The notes below the pieces were generated by a model, which made no database searches, had not been told where the DNA came from, and was given only the letters and a program-made list of their open reading frames with translations. A stretch of 64,000 nt of DNA from Myxococcota bacterium (GTDB taxonomy: Bacteria > Myxococcota_A > SURF-8), in the NCBI GenBank assembly GCA_965140415.1, contig OZ223209.1:224001-288000 (forward strand), in the 5' to 3' direction. Positions 18,020-29,402 of the stretch are shown here, piece after piece. Within the stretch, counting starts at the first letter, position 1. Each line of letters begins with the position of its first letter. The translations under genes and the position numbers were made by a program.

Positions 18020-18637
18020 ATCATGACCGCCCCTGCAAGGGGCGGTTTGACTTTGGCCCTATAAGGGCCCGGTACCGGCACAACCTAAAGGCCGCCTGTT
18101 CCGACTTCTGCATTGCTTACTAGCTACCCTTAAAAGGGTCTGTATGCCCTATCAAGCTTAACTGGTCCGTCATCTTGTCACGAGTATCCTGCTCCCTGAT
18201 ATACTTGACAATGCTTTTCTCGTTGATACCAACCGTGCTCACGTAATACCCTTTGCACCAGAAGTGACGGTTCCCGTACTTGTATTTCAGGTTCGAAAAC
18301 TGTTCGAATATCATCAACGAACTTTTCCCCTTCAAATACCCCATGATCTCGGAAACACTGTACTTCGGCGGAATATTCAAGCACATATGAATGTGGTCCA
18401 CACACGCATTCGCTTCTACAATTTCAATTCGCTTGTACTCGCAAAGCTTGCGAAGAATCGCTCCAATCTCACGCTTGTATTTGCCGAAAATGATCTTCCG
18501 ACGAAACTTCGGCTCCCACACAATATGGTATTTGCAATTCCACTTCGTGTGCTCTAAACTACTTTCCATTACCACTCTCCTTGCTGTATATGATGGAAGT
18601 CGGAACAACTCCTTTATACACGGAGAGTGGTTTTGTC
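18020..18637 (-). mobile_element. IS200-like element 2 (boundaries approximate)
   Basis: Right-end hairpin ACCGCCCC-TGCAA-GGGGCGGT; 5' stem ACCACTCTCC/GGAGAGTGGT covering the RBS; tnpA inside. Confidence 0.8.
18120..18569 (-). CDS. tnpA: IS200/IS605 Y1 transposase
   Basis: HTKWNCKYHIVW, DHIH, FWCKGYYVSTVG, YIREQ. Confidence 0.95.
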   Translation of the reverse strand: MESSLEHTKWNCKYHIVWEPKFRRKIIFGKYKREIGAILRKLCEYKRIEIVEANACVDHIHMCLNIPPKYSVSEIMGYLKGKSSLMIFEQFSNLKYKYGNRHFWCKGYYVSTVGINEKSIVKYIREQDTRDKMTDQLSLIGHTDPFKGS

Positions 18638-18770
18638 ATAGATTCCCCCGGGTAAACCCGGGGTACTTACTGTTACGGTTCTGTTGGAACCGACCCACCG
18701 CTGCTCAACCGCAGCGACGGGAAGGCTCATTCATCCACGGGCAAGCCCGTGGTATTCTGTCTTCGACTGC
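18638..18770 (-). mobile_element. 133-bp non-autonomous IS200 derivative, copy A
   Basis: Near-identical to 27699-27831; ends match IS element 47418-47949; lies 3' of TTTAT. Confidence 0.9.
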
Positions 18771-18772
18771 AT

Positions 18773-18805
18773 AAAAAAAACGGGAAGGCGTGCTGCCTTC
18801 CCGTT
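18773..18805 (-). terminator. intrinsic terminator of the 18836-19480 gene
   Basis: AACGGGAAGGC/GCCTTCCCGTT stem with a U-tract on the minus strand. Confidence 0.8.
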
Positions 18806-18835
18806 GATGAATCCGAAGTGGGATTCGATAACAGC

Positions 18836-19480
18836 TTATTGGTCGCCGTCAGCGGCTTCCGCATCGCCGTCCACATCGCCATCGGGCATCAGAGCGCCGG
18901 TAGCGGCGGCGGCAACGTCAGGATGCACACAGGCTTTGACGCCGTCGAAGTAGGCATCGTAGTCAGCCTGGGTCAGCAGACCGTCGGTGACCCACTGCAT
19001 CGGGTCGAGGCATACGCTTTCGACTTCCGCGCGGCAGTCGCTGGCGTCGTTGCAGGGTTTCAGGCAGATGCCCATCGTCGCGAAGTCCGCACCCATGAAG
19101 GGGAACAGGCTCAGGCACAGGCCGCCAGAAGTATCATTGCAGGTGTCATCGCCGGCGATATTGCACATAACCGACGAGCAGTAGCCGCCTTCAACCGTAA
19201 GACCGGTCAGGCCCAAACCGGCAGCCGATTCCGCGGTCAGGCAGAAGTCGGTGACGCAGTCGGTGTCGGCGGCGCAGGCCGCGCCAACCATCTCGCCAGC
19301 GGCGGTGTCGCCATCAGTGGTGTCGCCGTCAGCGGTGTCGCCGTCAGCGGTGTCGCCGTCAGCGGTGTCGCCATCAGCGGTGTCGCCATCGACGGGATCG
19401 TCATCGTCGTCACTGCAACCCGCTACGAAAAGCGTCATCGCCAGAAGCATCAGCACCATCAAAAAAGCCCATTTTTTCAT
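18836..19480 (-). CDS. Cys-rich lipoprotein with DGDTA repeats
   Basis: Lipobox VAGC; GGYCS and CLKPC motifs; RBS GGAGG. Confidence 0.85.
   Translation of the reverse strand: MKKWAFLMVLMLLAMTLFVAGCSDDDDDPVDGDTADGDTADGDTADGDTADGDTTDGDTAAGEMVGAACAADTDCVTDFCLTAESAAGLGLTGLTVEGGYCSSVMCNIAGDDTCNDTSGGLCLSLFPFMGADFATMGICLKPCNDASDCRAEVESVCLDPMQWVTDGLLTQADYDAYFDGVKACVHPDVAAAATGALMPDGDVDGDAEAADGDQ
19301..19390 (-). repeat. 15-bp coding tandem repeat, DGDT(A/T) x6
   Basis: Six 15-nt units read directly from the sequence. Confidence 0.95.
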
Positions 19481-19912
19481 TGTTTCCCTCCTAACACGTT
19501 AAAAGTACACGTCTACGATATCCCCTCTCCAGGATATTCAAATACTCATTCCACTTTTTTTGAAACGGCTCCAACTTCCTAGAATGTGCAATTAATTTAC
19601 CACTGATAGCGGAAATAGTCAAGAAAAAGCTTAGATTTCAGCATAGTTACCGGATTTTTCTTTACAAGCTGGCTACTTCATACTAGAGTTCCAGCCTGTA
19701 CTAGGGATTGCCCCGAAACAGCATCTCGAATCCGTGCGAAAAGCCATGCGGATGGCTGTAAACCGGAGCATCTCTCGGTATCTTATTCCAAAACGATGAT
19801 ATCAGGTTGTGGAATCCAACCACTGGATTCCGGCAGCGGTTGCTAATCGGAGCGCTTGTTAGGCCGTCGCGTTCCCGTTCAAAGCGATTTTTACAAGTCG
19901 CAATGGTGAGAG

Positions 19913-21427
19913 GTGGATGATATGATTTCGAGATGGTTGGCTGCGTTATTCATTATTGCTTCGTTAACTGTCCCTGCCGCCGCCTTTGCCAATAGCGCCG
20001 AAACGGTGCCTGAAGGCATTTTTGTCATCGGAGTCAAAGGTGGAGCGAAATGGGCTGACGATCACTTCGGTTCAAGCTTCAGTCACAAGCGGGAATCCAT
20101 CGTCGAAGATTACAACATCACGCTGACCGGAGCCGATCTCGATCCGAACATGTTCACCACCAAGGACATCATCGGTACGCTGGACGCTTCCTATAACGGT
20201 CTGGGTGCGGAAATCAGCATCACAGCCGCTTACGGCATTACCGACAACATCGCGTTGATGATGATCATTCCGGTTCAGTACGCCCATGCCGAGTATAGTT
20301 TCGAGTTGAACGACAGCAACATGTACATGGTGCGCGACAGCCAGAACAATCCCTATGCCGTCGCCAACAAGGAACAGATCGAAACCATCTGGTCCGGTTC
20401 TACGTTCTCCGTGGCTGATAAACCACTGGATGCCGATGATCTCAAAGAAGTGCTTACCTGCCGCGCCGACACGCCGCTGTGCCAGTTCCGTTACAACAAA
20501 ATCAAGGACATCAGCCGCTGGGGCGTAAACGACATCATCACCGGTCTGCGCTACAAATTCTTCGAGTCCAAGCGCTGGCGGCAGAGCTTTACCCTGTTCA
20601 ACAAATGGGGAACCGGCAAGCACAAGAATTACGACGATATCTTCGATGTCAACTTCGGCGACCAGCAGATCGACATCGGTTTCTGGTACGGCGTTGATTT
20701 CACTCCGATCAAACCCCTGGTGTTCAACGTGTCCTTCGGTTACACCGATCAGTTGCCCGAAACCAAAGTGATGCGCATCAAGACCCGCACCTACAACGAA
20801 AAGGGCGAGGAAGTCGGAACGATTCCTCTCGTGCCGGCGGCGAACAAAATGCGCGTACATCGCGACATCGGCGGCAACTGGGATCTGTATTTCGGTTTCA
20901 CCTGGAACATCACGGATTATATCAGCTACGGAAACGAATTCTATTTCTTCTGGAAATACGAAGACAATTTCTGGGCGGCGGAAACGATTCCCGATTCTTT
21001 CGGCGGGTTGGAGCCGGATTGGCGCGCCATGGAATGGGGTACCAACCAGGCGGCCTTGCAAATGACCAACATGCTTTCCTTTACCACTCTGCCCTGGGTA
21101 ATGAGTGGCGACTTCCCGGTGCCGTTGATGCTGGGTGTCGGCTATACGATCGGCATCGCCGGACAGCATTTCGATCGTGACCAGACCATCTTCGCCTCTC
21201 TCGATCTCATCGGAAGCATTTACATGCTCGAAGACGCCAAAGAGGAAAAAGAGGAAGCCAAGGAAAAAGAACAAGATCAACTTAACGATTTCCAGCTTCC
21301 CGGCAACGCATACCTCGAAGCCGTCGACGAAGACGCCCTGGCCGAATCCGAGAAGAAAGCGCGCCGCTACAAGCAAGCGCAGGATTTCCAGAAATCCTGG
21401 GGCAAAGTCACCAAACTGCGCTGGTAA
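19913..21427 (+). CDS. probable outer-membrane beta-barrel protein with charged C-terminal tail
   Basis: Signal peptide AFA; alternating aromatic beta-strands; AAYGITDN and GVNDIITGLRY resemble transporter-type barrels. Confidence 0.65.
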   Translation: MDDMISRWLAALFIIASLTVPAAAFANSAETVPEGIFVIGVKGGAKWADDHFGSSFSHKRESIVEDYNITLTGADLDPNMFTTKDIIGTLDASYNGLGAEISITAAYGITDNIALMMIIPVQYAHAEYSFELNDSNMYMVRDSQNNPYAVANKEQIETIWSGSTFSVADKPLDADDLKEVLTCRADTPLCQFRYNKIKDISRWGVNDIITGLRYKFFESKRWRQSFTLFNKWGTGKHKNYDDIFDVNFGDQQIDIGFWYGVDFTPIKPLVFNVSFGYTDQLPETKVMRIKTRTYNEKGEEVGTIPLVPAANKMRVHRDIGGNWDLYFGFTWNITDYISYGNEFYFFWKYEDNFWAAETIPDSFGGLEPDWRAMEWGTNQAALQMTNMLSFTTLPWVMSGDFPVPLMLGVGYTIGIAGQHFDRDQTIFASLDLIGSIYMLEDAKEEKEEAKEKEQDQLNDFQLPGNAYLEAVDEDALAESEKKARRYKQAQDFQKSWGKVTKLRW

Positions 21428-21450
21428 TCTAGACAAAAAGCAGAGCATAC

Positions 21451-21485
21451 ACCGCCGGTCGGGTTTTCCTTCCGGCGGTTTTTTT
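21451..21485 (+). terminator. intrinsic terminator
   Basis: ACCGCCGG...CCGGCGGT followed by a T run. Confidence 0.85.
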
Positions 21486-21585
21486 GTCGTGATGTTCGTT
21501 TGATCCGATGTCTGCAAGCTTGCACAGTTTTTATTTTCTGCTATCGTATACCGTGATCGTATTCAACACAGAAGGAGCCAAACTC

Positions 21586-22692
21586 ATGTCCAGTACGATT
21601 ACTTTCGTGCCCTACCATATCCACAAGAATCCCAAGGATGTGCTTACGCGCCTTGCCGGTGCATGCCGGGAAGCGGGGATGGACCAGATCGTGCGCAAGG
21701 GTGATCTGTGCGCCATTAAAACGCATTTCGGGGAGCAGGGCTTGACGAGCTACCTCCGACCGGTCTACGCGAGGACAGTCGCCCGCTTGTGTCAGGATAT
21801 CGGTGCGCGCCCCTTCTTTACCGACAGCAACACGCTCTATCGCAATCAACGCCACAACGCCGTGGATCACCTAATGCTTGCCGCCCAACACGGATTTTCC
21901 GTCGGTTCCATCGGAGCGCCGATCATCATTGCCGATGGCCTGCGCGGGCATGCCTATCAGGACGTGCATTTCGACGGCGGACAACATTTCGAAAGCGTTC
22001 AGGTGCCGGACGCCATCCACGACGCGGATTGCCTGGTCACGCTCACTCATTTCACAGCGCATCTGGCCAGCGGTTTCGGCGCTACCATCAAAAACCTTTC
22101 GATGGGCTGCTCCAACCCGCAGGGAAAACGGCGCATGCATTGTCACAGCAAACCCACGGTCGATGAAGACCTTTGTGTGGCTTGTGGTGAATGTACACAG
22201 TGGTGCCCCACCGGCGCAATTACAATTGAAGACTATGCCATGATCAATACGGAAGAATGCATGGCCTGCGGCGAATGCACCGTGGTCTGTCCGCATGAAG
22301 CCGTCAAGATTCCCTGGGATGAAAACAGCTCGGTCTTGCAGGAAAAAATGGTCGAATACGCCAAGGCGGTCTGTGAACAGAAAAAGGAGCGCCTGTTCTT
22401 TATCAGCGCGCTGGTCGATCTGACGCCGCATTGCGATTGCATGGGCCAGAGCGAGCCCGCCTTTATGCCGGATATCGGCATTTTAATCGGAACGGACCCC
22501 GTAGCCATGGATCAAGCCGGGTTGGATTTCATTTCCGGTTCGATTCGTTGGAACGGACACGAAATCGTGCAGGGAGAAACTTCCGATCCGCTGCATGAGA
22601 TCTACCCGAAAATCGACTGGCAGGTGCAGACCGACTATGGCCAGAAAATCGGGTTGGGATCGAAGGAATACGAATTGATCGTGGCGCGCTAG
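21586..22692 (+). CDS. DUF362 domain protein with a 2x[4Fe-4S] ferredoxin domain
   Basis: KTHFGE, TDSNTLY, two CxxCxxCxxxCP motifs, CDC, DPVAMD. Confidence 0.9.
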   Translation: MSSTITFVPYHIHKNPKDVLTRLAGACREAGMDQIVRKGDLCAIKTHFGEQGLTSYLRPVYARTVARLCQDIGARPFFTDSNTLYRNQRHNAVDHLMLAAQHGFSVGSIGAPIIIADGLRGHAYQDVHFDGGQHFESVQVPDAIHDADCLVTLTHFTAHLASGFGATIKNLSMGCSNPQGKRRMHCHSKPTVDEDLCVACGECTQWCPTGAITIEDYAMINTEECMACGECTVVCPHEAVKIPWDENSSVLQEKMVEYAKAVCEQKKERLFFISALVDLTPHCDCMGQSEPAFMPDIGILIGTDPVAMDQAGLDFISGSIRWNGHEIVQGETSDPLHEIYPKIDWQVQTDYGQKIGLGSKEYELIVAR

Positions 22693-22718
22693 CCACAGAA
22701 CACAAAGGGACGTAACGC

Positions 22719-22958
22719 ATGCAACCGGAGCGCGAATACAATCCCGGACTCGCGGCAGTTCTGTCGCTGGTGGTGCCTGGTGTGGGGCAGATCTACAACG
22801 GTGATTTTCTACGCGGCATATTCTGGCTGATCATCACACCCGGGTTCTGGATCGGTACAGGCGGTCTGCTTGGCTGGGTTTGCCACCTGATCGCCGCCTT
22901 CACTGCCTACAATCGCAGCATGGACAAACGCAATCCCAATCCGGACAATGCCGGTTAG
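22719..22958 (+). CDS. small membrane protein (PGxGQxY family)
   Basis: NPGLAAVLSLVVPGVGQIYNG and hydrophobic helices. Confidence 0.8.
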   Translation: MQPEREYNPGLAAVLSLVVPGVGQIYNGDFLRGIFWLIITPGFWIGTGGLLGWVCHLIAAFTAYNRSMDKRNPNPDNAG

Positions 22959-22982
22959 AGAAGACGTGTCCGCCTGTTCATT

Positions 22983-25925
<2,943 letters not shown>

Positions 25926-25943
25926 GAGATATTTCTCCTGTTT

Positions 25944-25958
25944 TCCTGTTTTTCAGGA
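25944..25958. promoter_or_regulatory. palindrome TCCTG-N5-CAGGA, candidate activator site
   Basis: Identical 15-mer at 26721-26735. Confidence 0.55.
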
Positions 25959-26188
25959 CAAATCCAGCAGTTTTTCAAGGAATTTATCCGTTTACTGGAA
26001 AGCGTCAACTTGTTTTGGATATCTACCAATCTTAGCCAGTATACCATAAGTGATACTGGCTTGACTATCCGAAAACAGGAAACGTCTTGATAATTCTTGC
26101 ATAGTCTGGACATTTATGTCGTGCCGTTCTCTTGACACCTTGACTGTATGAACAGGAAAACTGAAACAATTACAGATTGACACAGAGT

Positions 26189-26203
26189 TGGCATGAATGA
26201 TGC
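26189..26203 (+). promoter_or_regulatory. sigma54 -24/-12 promoter (weaker second candidate at 26222-26236)
   Basis: TGGCATGAATGATGC has GG-N10-GC spacing. Confidence 0.55.
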
Positions 26204-26330
26204 TTCTATTATTTCTGAATTCGGCACGCAACGAGCGAATAAGCCGAATCTTGAAATCCTGGTTGTATCATCCTAAGCATTGGTTGTTGCAATGCATGAG
26301 ATGACTGACAATCGTACAAAGGAGATTCTC

Positions 26331-26543
26331 ATGTCACACCCAGTAGCAGATGCTCGTTACCTGATCATTTCATTTTCCTGGGAAGCAGAGACGGAAGATG
26401 GCTGGGACGAAACGATCACCGAGAAAGTTCTGCTGTACAATCCCGAGTTGTATGGAGGTCAGTTGGAACTGATGGATGTTCCATATGAAAATGGACTTAC
26501 GGAAGAACGATCCATTCCAGGTTGGCAGGTTGGTAGCTGCTGA
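26331..26543 (+). CDS. small acidic hypothetical protein (70 aa)
   Basis: RBS AAGGAG; downstream of a sigma54-type promoter. Confidence 0.6.
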   Translation: MSHPVADARYLIISFSWEAETEDGWDETITEKVLLYNPELYGGQLELMDVPYENGLTEERSIPGWQVGSC

Positions 26544-26720
26544 TGTTGTTTGACTGAATCGATTTTTCTGTTCACGTTCTCCCCCGCTCCCGTTCCTGCG
26601 ACAGCAATCGCGGCGGTCAGGGGATCCTCCGCGACGCTTTTTCTTCTCTTCAGATCCACATAATCCACAGTTTTCGCAAAAAACCTTTTCACCTATGAAA
26701 TCGTATAGGAAAGGCAAAAA

Positions 26721-26735
26721 TCCTGTTTTTCAGGA
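26721..26735. promoter_or_regulatory. palindrome TCCTG-N5-CAGGA, candidate upstream activator site
   Basis: About 100 bp upstream of the sigma54 promoter at 26837; duplicate of 25944-25958. Confidence 0.55.
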
Positions 26736-26836
26736 TTGGTCCAATTTCTTCGAATCGCGACATCTCTGTCGTGATTCTTTCGCTTTTCTCCTTGCTATAA
26801 AATCATATCTATCTGATAATACAAGATGTTTTGTTA

Positions 26837-26851
26837 TGGCACATCCGTTGC
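26837..26851 (+). promoter_or_regulatory. sigma54 -24/-12 promoter
   Basis: TGGCACATCCGTTGC is a consensus match. Confidence 0.8.
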
Positions 26852-26923
26852 AAGTCTATCGGCTTCAAGTCTATCACCTGTTCTTTGATTGTGTTGAGTC
26901 GAAATGGACGGAGGAGGAAAAAG

Positions 26924-27637
26924 ATGTATCGAAGATCCAAGATCGTGGCTGTGTTGCTGGCGCTGGCGTTAATGGGAGTATGTAGTGCGGCAATGGCGGA
27001 AGTGAGCTGTGAAAGCGAAAAAGGAAGTTGTGTGTTGAATGCGAGCGGCTATCGTTGTGAATGCGCCGATGGCTCCGCCTCCGCAGTCTCCGTACTTAGC
27101 GATGGCGACGGCAGCTTACCCGACGGCGACGCCGTGCATCCCAATCAGGAAGATTGCGAAACCCAGTTGTTGCAGGAATGTCCCAACGATCCTCCCGATC
27201 CGGAAGTGGATTGCAGCGACGATCAACATGAATTGTGCGTGGAGTTGGAACAGGTCTTTTTTGCCTGTTTTGAAGAGGAACGCAGCGACAATCCCAATAT
27301 CCAGATCGTGAAATGCTGCAAGGACTACGACGAATACGAAACGTCCATGCGCTGGCTGCTTGCCTGCTTGAATGAAAACGAGTGTGATCAATGGGTTGAC
27401 CGTTGTTACGACCAGGTCACAGTCAGTTGCGACGGTGACGGTTGCCCGGATGGTCCCGTCGATCCAGGCTTGACGCTGAGTTATAAAACAGCCGACGAAA
27501 TGAATGGTTTCGAGCAGGTGATGGAAGAAGACGACGAAGGCTGCCAGAGCGGTGGAACGGCCAGCGGCCTGGCGTTAATTCTGCTATTGCTTGCCGTTGT
27601 TTTCCGGCGGCGTTTGGTGGTATCGCGGACGCGATAG
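26924..27637 (+). CDS. Cys-rich surface protein with MYXO-CTERM-like sorting signal
   Basis: RBS GGAGG, signal peptide, C-terminal EGCQSGG followed by a TM helix and RRR. Confidence 0.8.
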   Translation: MYRRSKIVAVLLALALMGVCSAAMAEVSCESEKGSCVLNASGYRCECADGSASAVSVLSDGDGSLPDGDAVHPNQEDCETQLLQECPNDPPDPEVDCSDDQHELCVELEQVFFACFEEERSDNPNIQIVKCCKDYDEYETSMRWLLACLNENECDQWVDRCYDQVTVSCDGDGCPDGPVDPGLTLSYKTADEMNGFEQVMEEDDEGCQSGGTASGLALILLLLAVVFRRRLVVSRTR

Positions 27638-27655
27638 CAAATGAGTTCTTTACTG

Positions 27656-27689
27656 AAAAAGCCGGATGTCTCGCTCATCCGGCTTTTTT
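27656..27689 (+). terminator. intrinsic terminator, possibly bidirectional
   Basis: A5-GCCGGATG...CATCCGGC-T6. Confidence 0.85.
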
Positions 27690-27698
27690 CCTGTTTAT

Positions 27699-27831
27699 GC
27701 GGTCCTTGACAGAATACCACGGGCTTGCCCGTGGATGAATGAGCCTTCCCGTCGCTGCGGTTGAGCAGCGGTGGGTCGGTTCCAACAGAACCGTAACAGT
27801 AAGTACCCCGGGTTTACCCGGGGGAATCTAT
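27699..27831 (+). mobile_element. 133-bp non-autonomous IS200 derivative, copy B
   Basis: 3' of TTTAT; hairpins CCACGGGCTTGCCCGTGG and CCCCGGGTTTACCCGGGG; ends CTAT. Confidence 0.9.
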
Positions 27832-28055
27832 GTGAGGATTGTATCATTTGAAGCAATTGAACATCAAGAGTAATTGTCGAACAGAAAATCTGTCCGACCT
27901 CCTCCTTCTCCCCATCATTGAATATTGCCTATAGGACCCTGAGTAGTCCCCAGTTTTGCGAACAGAATGGGGGAAAGGAATATTGCCTTCCAAGTACAAA
28001 AAGCCTATAATAGATAGAATGAAGTGCTGTGTTCTGAGATTCAAGGAGATCCAAT

Positions 28056-29123
28056 ATGTCCCGCAGTTGGATGGTATTCGCCCTGGTGTTGCTGGTGCTG
28101 CTTGGCTATGGCTGTAATTCAGGGGGAGACGAGGTAGATGGCGACCAGGAGAGCAGCGAACAGCCTGCCGGACTGACACTGGGTATGCTCTGCACCAGCC
28201 CTTTGCAATGTTCGGGCGGTATCTGCAATGCGGATGACGGCGGGGATTTCTGCACCATGGCCTGTGCGGCGGATTCTCAGTGTCAAGAGCAATTGGCCAA
28301 TAGCTGCTGCATGCGTGTGGACAATCAGAACATTTGCCTGGTGCCCAGTCTCTGCCCGAACACTCCCGATGGCGACAGCGATCTTCCCGACGGCGATTTC
28401 GATTACGACCTCGACCTGCCCGACATGATTTGCAGTCCTGATGAATTGAAATGCGATGAAAACAGCGTGGTCCGCTGTAACTCGGTCGGTACGCGCTGGC
28501 TTCCTCAAATGGACTGTTCTCAGTATGAACGCTGCGAAAACGGCGCCTGCATCATGATTACCGATGGCGATGCGGACGAAACGACGGAAAATGACGAATC
28601 CGATACCGATGGTTTTGCCTGTGGCGATCCGAGCAACCGCCCCGACGCCATTCTGCGCCAGGCCGAGCGCCTTTTCCAAGAAGATGAAAGCACCCCCGCC
28701 AACGCGGCGGAAATCGCCTACAGCGACAATCCCGCCTTCGAAGACGATACCTACGTGCGGCTCAACGCCGACGACTACGACCAGGAGATGGTATTCGAAA
28801 TCGATATCGATAAGGAATTCGAATACGTGTTCATGATCGACTTTGTATGTGGACGAGATTGGGGCGAAGCATCGTTGTTCCTGGATGACGGCACCGAACC
28901 GATTCCGCTGGCGGATGGCTCCGACCGCATCAACCTGTTCTGCAATCCCGGCGGCAACGAGGAAAAGCCGATCCGCAACATCGACTTTCAGCCGCTTTGC
29001 ATTCCCCCGAACGACCGCCACAAACTGCGGGTGCGCGTCGTCGGCAAAAACGCCGATTCCAACGGCTACACCATCGGGGTAGACTATATCTCCCTGCTGC
29101 CCTATACGTCGCCGGAGGAATAA
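28056..29123 (+). CDS. Cys-rich lipoprotein with DGD linkers and a C-terminal CBM-like beta-sandwich
   Basis: Lipobox GYGC; C-terminal HKLRVRVVGKNADSNGYTIGVDYI. Confidence 0.75.
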   Translation: MSRSWMVFALVLLVLLGYGCNSGGDEVDGDQESSEQPAGLTLGMLCTSPLQCSGGICNADDGGDFCTMACAADSQCQEQLANSCCMRVDNQNICLVPSLCPNTPDGDSDLPDGDFDYDLDLPDMICSPDELKCDENSVVRCNSVGTRWLPQMDCSQYERCENGACIMITDGDADETTENDESDTDGFACGDPSNRPDAILRQAERLFQEDESTPANAAEIAYSDNPAFEDDTYVRLNADDYDQEMVFEIDIDKEFEYVFMIDFVCGRDWGEASLFLDDGTEPIPLADGSDRINLFCNPGGNEEKPIRNIDFQPLCIPPNDRHKLRVRVVGKNADSNGYTIGVDYISLLPYTSPEE

Positions 29124-29402
29124 ACGGATATATGCGGTGTTCGCCGTAGCAAGTGGTAATCGAGGAATAATTCACGATACAATCGGGTTTCCCCAATACG
29201 GGTGAATGGTTCAATTCGGCCAAAAGCGGCTGTTTGCTAAAAATTCGCACTGAGCGGTTTACTTTATTTCTTTTCCTTCGCAGTTTCGCTATAATGCGCC
29301 CGCTTTAGGGAGGGTTCGCGATTTCATCCGAATCGCTAAAAGTGATTGAGAAATGCGATTTGTAGCAAGGCGATAACCAAACGACTCGTTTCAAGGATTT
29401 CG

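Noticed and set aside
20072-21517. 481-aa - strand ORF
   Set aside because: Antisense shadow of the beta-barrel gene; no recognisable motifs
26538-26665. Selenocysteine readthrough (C-TGA-C-C) of the 70-aa ORF
   Set aside because: No convincing SECIS hairpin; the downstream peptide looks non-coding
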